The notes beneath the pieces are model-generated. The model worked only from the letters and a program-made list of their open reading frames with translations, had not been told where the DNA came from and did no database searches. Below are positions 55,513 to 64,000 of a stretch of 64,000 nt of DNA, piece by piece. Source of the stretch: the human T2T-CHM13v2.0 reference genome, Homo sapiens; NCBI RefSeq assembly GCF_009914755.1, contig NC_060936.1. One strand, written 5' to 3'. Position 1 is the first letter of the stretch. Each line of letters starts with the position of its first letter. The position numbers and the translations under genes were made by a program.

Positions 55513-55893
55513 TTGTCTTTGTCTTCTTGGGCTGCCATAACAAAATATTAAAATATTTATAGACTGGGTGGCTTAAACAACAGACATTGATTTTCTCACA
55601 GTCCTGGAGGCTGGAAGCCTGAGATTAGGGTTCCAGCATGAAAGGTTTCTGGTGAGGGCTCTCATTTTGGCTTGTAGATGGCTGCCTTTTCATTATATCC
55701 TCACCTGGCAGGGAGAAAGAGAGCTCTGGTGTCTCTTTCTCTTCTTATGCAGGAACTAATCCCGTCATGAGGCCCACCCTTATGATCTTGTCTAAACTAA
55801 TCATCTCCTAAAGGCCCCACCAACAAATACGATCACACTGGAGGCTAGAGATTTAACCTATACATTTAGGAGACAAACAATTCAGTCCAAAGT
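55513..55893 (-). mobile_element. MLT1A0-type LTR
   Basis: gggctgccataacaaa...agactgggtggcttaaacaacag...ctggtgagggctct...aattcagtcca. Confidence 0.85.
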
Positions 55894-55936
55894 GCTCCTC
55901 AAAGCATAAATACAAACTTTCAGTAAAAATAAAAAC

Positions 55937-56430
55937 ATTTATTCATTCAGTGTATTTTTTGAGTATCTCTTATGTGACAGGCACTCCTCTAAATTTGGGG
56001 GTGCAACAGTGGACAAAACACACAAGGTTCCTTCTCTCCCTTGGCTTACTCCTTAGTGATAGGAGACAGAAAATTAACAGATAAATTATGGAGCAGGATA
56101 CTATCAAATTTTGATCAATGGCATGAAGAAAGAGACCAGGCTTCTTTAGAATAGAAACTCAGGGAAAACCCCAGGAAGTGACATATGCAGTCATGCTAGA
56201 ATCATAACAAGGATCTGGCTATGCAAAGATTTTGGGATGGAGTGTTCTAGGCAGAGGGAAGAGCACAGGCAAAATTTTCAAAGCAGGAAAGAATTTGGCC
56301 CATTTGAGCACTGAAATAAGGCCCATGTGGCTGCAACTTTGAAAAGTCAGGGAAGAATGGAGGATGAGGAGGTTGAAGAAGTAGTGAAGGAAAAATCCTT
56401 TCACAGGAGGACTTGTGGACATCATGTTGA
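55937..56430 (-). mobile_element. L2 3' portion
   Basis: atttattcattcag...ttgagtatc...caggcactcctcta...gttctaggcagagggaagagca. Confidence 0.7.
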
Positions 56431-56863
56431 TGCTCAGCCTCACTAGTTATAAAAAGAAATGTTCAAAGGAAGAATCTTTTTAAACCATCAAACTTACCTT
56501 AAAAAGATTTTTTAATTGGGTGTGATTAGAGGAAAACATATCTGTTCCAGCACTGGTTAAGGTGAATATTGGTACAAATCTTCCAGAAGGTATGTTGATC
56601 ATGTATTTATCAAGGCTTTGAAATGCCTGCAACCTTGACCCAGCAATTTCTGTTCTAAGAAATTATTCTGAGAAAATCATAAGTGACTTTCTTCATTTGA
56701 TGATGTTCTTTGTAATGTTACCTATTGTAGATTTTGCAACATTTTTAAAAATACAAAATAAATTTCCTAAAGAGTAGACTCTTGCCATCACTTTGAAGGC
56801 TTGCAACCTACTGAAAGTTTCATATGAACCAAAAAAAAGTAGCCAAAGTTGAAGATGTAACAC

Positions 56864-57232
56864 TGTTATAGACATTGTTTGTGACACTCCAAAATTCTTA
56901 TGCTGAAATCCTAATCCTCACTATGATGGTATTAGGAGGTGGAGTGTTTGGTAGGTAATTAGGTCATTAGAGGAGAACCCTCATGAGTGGGATTAGTATC
57001 CCAATAATAAAAATAGACTCAGCAGAACTCCTTTACCCCTTCTGCAGTGGGAGAAAACAGCAAAAAGACAGCCAACTATGATCCAAAAATTGGACCCTCA
57101 TCAGACACTGAATCTGCTGGCACCTTGATTGTGGATGTCCCAGCCTCTAGAACTGTGAGAAACAAATTTCTGTTGTTTATAAGCCATCCAGTTTATGATA
57201 TCCTGTTATAGTAGCCTGAACAAACCATGACA
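56864..57232 (+). mobile_element. MLT1A-type LTR
   Basis: tgaaatcctaatcc...atggtattaggaggtgg...ccctcatcagacactgaatctgctggcaccttgat...aaatttctgttgtttataagcca. Confidence 0.85.
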
Positions 57233-57578
57233 AAGATTATAACATAATGTTTTCCATTGAGATTTGACAATAGGTATCAAACAGTAATAAATTTCTGCTT
57301 TTGAGTAAGAGATATAAAGATACAAAAGATATTTACATCTATGGTACCAGTAAGAAAAGCCTGCATAAAATAAAAATTATATGTTTCTGTGAGAATAGCA
57401 AGGAGTGGCAGATGCAAGTAAGCCTTGATGAACTGAATTGCAAAGCCAGGCAATCCATCCCTTTTTAAATGAGGAAAGAGTACATAAGTTCTCATTCCTG
57501 CAGGTGAGCCCCTAGTCTCTATCTAGATGGATGGAGAAACCAGCTTCTTGCAGTTCAGGAGATTTTCAGTGAAGGAGG

Positions 57579-57944
57579 TGATATGGTTTGGCTCTGTGTC
57601 CCCACCCAAATCTCATCTTGAATTTTACCTCCCATAATCCCCACATGTCATGGGAGGAACCCAGTAGGAAGTAATTGAATCGTGGAGGCTGGTTTTTCTC
57701 ATGCTGTTTTCATGATAGTAAATAAGTCTCATAAGATCTGAGGGTTTATAAAAGGCAGTTCCCCTACACACGCCCTCTTTGCCTGCCACCATGTGAGACA
57801 TGACTTTGCTCCTCATTTACCTTCCACCATAATTGTGAAGCCTCCCTATCCATGTGGAACTGTGAGTCAATTAAACCTCTTCCCTTTATAAATCACCCGG
57901 TGTTGGGTATGTCTTTATTAGCAACATAAGAGCAGACTAATACA
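57579..57944 (+). mobile_element. THE1 (C-like) solo LTR with perfect 5-bp TSD GGAGG
   Basis: TGATATGGTTTGGCTCTGTGTCCCCACCCAAATCTC...ACTAATACA, with GGAGG at 57574-57578 and 57945-57949. Confidence 0.93.
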
Positions 57945-58754
57945 GGAGGAGAAATCAACCAGCCCTTATTCAACAGTGAATGCTGGCAGGGAAGACTAGA
58001 GTCTGACAGAGTCCCAGATGAAAAGCAAATTGCTCAGCCCAACAGTACTCTCCTCTTCCCCAACCTCCAAATTATAGTGAGAAGGAGATAGTAGAGGACA
58101 GGCTGGAAAAAGAACATAATCACATCATCTCTCACATTCTCGTGATGCTTGGATTCAAGGTATATGTCAGATTGAATTCTGAGGTGAAGCTACAGCCCAG
58201 CCTCCTTCCAGTTTAAATATTGACATGGTTAAAAAGTCTGCAAAGGAGGTTGGGAGTGTGGTTAATCACAGGTGAATTCAATTTAATTAAAGCTATGATT
58301 CAGTACCAGCTCAACCCCCTTCTAGGAGATAGCTAAACCATTAGTTCCTTCAGCAGAAGTTACACTCTCTGGATAATAAACAAAACAAAAAATAATGTAC
58401 TTCAGTCTCTGTTTTTCTTTTATATACAATATCCAGAATACCATTAAATAAGTGTAAGACATGCAAAGAAACAGGAAAATGTGATCTTACATTTAAGAGA
58501 AACTATAGTCACTAGAATCAAACCAATAGATGATCCAACTGTTGGAATTAGCAGAGAAAGATGTTAAAACAATTTTTATAAATATCTTTTTAAAATGTAC
58601 AGGAAAAGTAGATGCAATGAATGAAGCAGTAGAGTTTTCTTAGGGGGAAAAAAATAGTAACACTAAAAAAGAGCCAAATGGAAAATTATAGGACTACAGG
58701 AATACAATATCTAATAAATTATTTATTAAAGAAACTTAAGAACAGTAGGTTAGC

Positions 58755-59181
58755 CATAAATATGTACTGTTCAGATCTCCTACTCTGGGGAGAAAAATTG
58801 ACTGATAGCTCAGCTATTATTTCTATGGATCTACTGTAGCATTCACACCAAGACAAGCCTCTATAGGCTAATCCAGCCAGTAGCTAAGAATGATAGAGCC
58901 ATTAATGCAAGCCCATTCCTGTGAGCTGTTGGATGTCTCCAGTGGGTGACTTTGATTAAGAAATTCCCATCAGTCTGGCAAAACTGTTTTTAGATCTTTG
59001 CAGCATTCCTAGACCTTATCAATACAATCCTCCTTCCTTTCCCTTCTCTCCTATAGGTATGAAACTTTAATCATGGCCTGACGGTTCTCTCTACTTTCTT
59101 CTGTTTCCTCATCTTTTATCCTTCACAGACATTTCCCAAATATATCTTTTGGAAGTCTAACCCCATCTTTGCATCTGATTC
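58755..59181 (+). mobile_element. LTR16A-like ERVL LTR nested in the L1
   Basis: gcccattcctgtgag...ttttatccttcacag...ccccatctttgcatctgattctcagtggatccaaactaa. Confidence 0.6.
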
Positions 59182-59266
59182 TCAGTGGATCCAAACTAAT
59201 AGGAGAAGATTTTACACTTTAGAAGGCGGTAAAAATGAACTTGAAAATAGATTAGTAGAGACTTTA

Positions 59267-59654
<388 letters not shown>

Positions 59655-60578
59655 ACCAATGTCCCGAGGGATCAAATTAACTAGTCTAGTGCATTTGAAG
59701 TGTCAGAAGGAAAGGAGAAAGAGAAATGTTTGAAGAGGTAATGGCTGAGCAACTTTCAATTTGATTAGAAATAGCCACCCCAGGATGAAAAAACCTCAAT
59801 AAAAATCAAGCAGGATGAACAAAAGCCAAACAACAATGAAGCACACTATGGTCAAACTGCTGAAAACCCAGTATAAAGATAAAATCTTAGGTTCAACGAG
59901 AGAACAGGTGATGTTACATAGAGGGAACAACCATGGGGAGGTTCACTGACTTTTCATCAAAAGCAAAGTAAGCCAGACTGCAATGGAGCAACAGCTTTGA
60001 CGTGCTGAAGAAGGGAAATTGTCAATCTGGAGTTTTATAACCAGAAAAGCTGCCCTTTATTTGTGGGGATGAGACAGAGATGTTCTCTGATTATCAAGGC
60101 TGAGATAGTTTATTGCCAGAAGACCCATACTACAGAGGATGTTAAACGGGGACTTTAGATTGTGCAAAGATGGTGGAAGATAAAGGATCAGATCTAGAAG
60201 AAACACTGATGACACCGGAGATCGTAAATGTGAATGTTTTCTTTTTCTTTTTTCTCAACTTATTTGGTGCAAGTGAACTGCTAAAAGCAAAAGTGATGAC
60301 AAAATTTGGTAGAAACAGGAAAATGTATGCAGAAGTAAAATGTATGCAGATCATGGCACCCAAGGCCAGAGAAGATGGTTGGAGGCATATTGTAGGATTG
60401 TTGCCTTTTTTGTGAGGTAGTGTTATGTTACTTCAGACTAGACAGTGGAGGGGTGGAATGTATATTATGATCCTACAGCAACCACTAGGGAAATAAAACA
60501 AAGGGTTAGGACAAAAAACACGAAAATAATAAACTGTAATAACTATAAGCTTTTTTTTTACCATGATCCTCAAGAAAT

Positions 60579-60907
60579 ATTTTATTTATTTAGTTAGTTA
60601 TTGTTTGATTGATTGATTGGAGACAGAGTCTTGCTCTGTCACCCAGGCTGGACTTAGGTGATGTGATCATAGATCACTGTAGCCTTGGACTCCAGGGCTC
60701 AAGAAATCCTCCCGCCACAACCTCTCCTAGTAGCTGGCACTGGAGGCATAAGCCATCGTGCTTGCTCAGCTGATTTTTAATTGTTCTGTAGGGACAGGGT
60801 CTCATTACACTGCCCAGGCTGGTCTTGAACTCCTGGCCTCAAGCAACTCTCCCGCCTTGGCCTCCCAAAATGTTGGCATTATACACATGACCCATTATGC
60901 CCAGCCA
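60579..60907 (-). mobile_element. AluJ
   Basis: Reverse Alu with TSD agaaatattt on both sides. Confidence 0.92.
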
Positions 60908-62310
60908 GAAATATTTTATATTGCTTCCAAGTACACAAGTGTTACACAACTCTCTCATACAAACAAACATATCATACAGAAAACATTATCCCAAGCAATA
61001 TTTATGATTACTAAGTGCAATGAATATTTTCTATTCTATTTCAGTTTTTAACATCAATTATGACCTATTGGATCAATTTTTACTACCAAACTCCTGCACT
61101 GGATCACAACTTGCAATTGGAAAAACACTTTTGTGTAGCCTCTGCTATGTCAGGTCATTTACTTCTTAATTTCTTTAAATTTTTATCTTGTCACTTGATT
61201 TTCACCAAGAAAAATCTCATGCATAAGATAAGCTATCCCCATTTTAGAAATGAGTAAACAGACTTGGAGAATTTAACTAACATTCTTAAGACCACAGGCT
61301 AGTAAGTAGAAAAGGGAGGATTTCAGTGTAGATATAAATATAAGAAATCCAACTGCAGAGCTCTTAAGAACTCTACCACACTGACTCCACCTTGATCACT
61401 AAATTTGGGCATCTGGGTATCGTGAATGGTTGCACGTACTCATACACATTTTTCTTGGGATAAAAGACTAGTTTTCATCTGTAACCTGAAAAAAGCAACT
61501 GAAGAACAACAATACTACACTGTTCTGCCCTAGTTTACTGCCCTAGTTTGTTTTTTCATGCCATACAACCAAGATCTGTTCGCATTATTTGAGCAGACAC
61601 TTTTAAAAGCTCCAGTCACTTAACTATGATAGAACTCTAACCTGCAAAGCTTCACATCTTATACTTTCCTTTGTATATGCTATTGGTGAGTGGGTGGCAA
61701 TGGAAATCTACAAACATATAAAAGAGAAACTTTAATCTACTGAGGCTATTTTTCAGCTCTAAGATTCTGTAAACCTATAATTGTAATCAAGGGCCCAGCC
61801 ACCTGCTATTCTATAATGAAGCCACAAGATAGGCAGTTGTCTAAATTGCTCAGAAAGATATACAAAGACAGGGATTCCTTTGTTTCTTTGTTAGTCTTCC
61901 CTGGAGTTTTGCAAGACCTAAAGTTAATTAGAGTCTCTTAGTGCAATTTAACCATATCCCTCTTAGTTTATTGTCTATCATAGAGATAGAATAATTTAGC
62001 TTTCCTTAGGATAATCTTTTTTCACATACATATATACTTAAAGGTAACTATTTATTTATTCATGATTTAGCTTTTTCCTCTCTAGACTAAATAAATATAA
62101 TCTCCTTAATTTTCCCCCACTGGTTTGATTTTCTTCATAATTATTTTTGTAGTGCTCCCTAGGAAACCCACTTTAATTTCTGCATGTGCATTTTAAAGGG
62201 TGGATTCCCATATTGATCACATTACTCTACTAAGGGCCTGACCAGTACCAAGTATGCCTGGATGATCTGCAGCTCTTTGCTGGCTGCGCTTTCTAACAGA
62301 AAGCTGAGTT

Positions 62311-62640
62311 CAGGTTGAGCATCCCTAATCTGAAAATTCGAAATCTGAAATGCTCCAAAATCTGAAGCTGTTTGAGGGTCAACATGATGCCACAAGTAGA
62401 AAATTCCACATCTAACCTCATGTCAAAACTTTGTTTTGTGCATAATAGTATCAAAAAATATTGTATGAAATTACCTTCAGGTTATGTGTATAAGGTGTGT
62501 AATAAATTTCATGTTCAGACTTGGATCCCATGCCCAAGATATCTCATTATGCATATGCAAATATTCCCAAAACCTGAAAAAATATCCAGTGTCTGAAACA
62601 CTTCTGGTCCCAAGCATTTTGGATGAGGGATACTGATCTG
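62311..62640. mobile_element. Tigger4/MER46-type TcMar element
   Basis: Terminal inverted repeats caggttgagcatccctaatctgaaaat ... attttggatgagggatactgatctg, followed by TA. Confidence 0.85.
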
Positions 62641-63639
62641 TATTATGTTAACATTTCCAAAGGCATTATTGCCAGTTTTCTGGACTGTCAACAGCTAAGA
62701 TTGAATCTCACTCACACAAACTGCCATAAGCCAGCTGAACTAATACCCTATATTCTCTTTTTAAAGGTGTCTGCTCATATGCTTTTAAGACATTTAGATT
62801 TCTTCTTTTATTACTGAATTCTCTTCCTTGTGGTTTGAGGTTTTTATTTTAATATTTCTCTATTGTGACATTATTATTTGTATTGATTTTAAGAGTTCCC
62901 TTTATAATAAGGATTTTAACTCTTTGATGGTTATGTATTTTTTTTAAGTTTGTATGCAATCAAATATATTGCCAATTTTTTCTTTGCTTTTTCTTCCATT
63001 GTTTTTTTCACAAAGTCCTGGTTTCAAGCCCAAGATCAATGAATAATTATCTAATTTGTTTTAACTTTTTCAGGATTTCACACTAATTTGCAATCAACAT
63101 TTTAATCACATAGCATTAACTTTGGTATTTATCTTCGTGTGCAATATGGTAAAAAAAAATCTCACGTATTTGTGTGTGAAAGAGAATTTGCCAGATTTTC
63201 CAGTTCACCCCTTTTCCACTGGTTTGTGTACTTTCTTTATCATATTTGAAATTCTTACATAAAGATATATGCTTCAGCGTTACCTGTTGATCAATCGAAG
63301 TATAAATATAGTTTATATACATGTGGCTCTTAAGAAATAAACCCTCCAGGCGAAACATAGGCAAAGACTTCACAAAAACAGAAAGAAAATCCCCAACAAA
63401 TGTGAAAAGATTCAATTTCATAAGAAATCAAAAAATTATGTGTAACTTTTTCTATTAAATCAGCAAAAGTTTTTTCAAAATTATTACAATGTTAGTGTTG
63501 TTGAGATTGTTTAAAATTGTACAACTTCAAACACCACTGTTGGTGTTCTTTTTACTAAGATTTTCTTCTGATAATTTTTAAACCAGTAGAAAATCTAAAA
63601 ATATAGTAAAATGAACACCCACATATCCCTCACCTATTC

Positions 63640-64000
63640 TGTGTTAACTTCCCTGGGCCAAGTGGAGCCCAGATTAAACATTATTTCTGAGTTTGTCCAC
63701 GAGCAGGCTTCCAGATGAGATTGATATTTGAGTCAGTGACCTCAGTAAAGAAGACTTGCCCCCGTCCTAGTGGTGGTGGGCCTCATCCAATCAGTTGAGG
63801 ACCTTTGCCTTTCTACTGAATAGAACAAAGAGTGAAGGAGGATTTCATTCTTTTTGCTTCCTACCTGCCTGCTTGATTTGCACACTGATCTTCTGCCCTT
63901 GGGCTTATATTGACACCATCAGCTCTTCTGGTTCTCAAGCCTTCAGGCTTGGATTGGAATTACACCATGGGCTTCCCTGGGTCTCCAGGTTGTAGATGGC
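63640..64000 (+). mobile_element. MLT2 (C/D-like) ERVL LTR, runs off the window
   Basis: aaacattatttctg...gggcctcatccaatcagttgagg...ctggttctcaagccttcagg...ctgggtctccaggttgtagatggc. Confidence 0.8.

Overview
This is mammalian nuclear non-coding DNA, almost certainly human or another primate: it carries many AluJ/AluS elements with target-site duplications plus THE1/MST LTRs. It is AT-rich and CpG-depleted, with no CpG island. I found no recognisable protein-coding exon, pseudogene, tRNA/rRNA/snRNA or known miRNA, and I cannot name the locus. The ORF track is essentially noise from Alus, LTRs and simple repeats. Most of the window is a mosaic of Alu, MIR, L2, old L1, MaLR/ERVL solo LTRs and DNA-transposon fossils; family names are from memory of consensus sequences, not a RepeatMasker run, and old-repeat boundaries are approximate. 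Points of interest: (1) an inverted repeat with ~170-180-bp arms (~92% identical core) around a 519-bp spacer at 12.26-13.13 kb that I cannot assign to a transposon family; (2) a compact candidate + strand unit at 2.26-2.83 kb (TATA, donor, two in-frame acceptors, AATAAA) that would encode a spliced 52/70-aa smORF; (3) a 71-bp duplication at exactly 900-bp offset, one copy lying between two TA tracts; (4) candidate non-coding exons, fold-back hairpins and enhancer-like motif clusters. All functional interpretations are inference.
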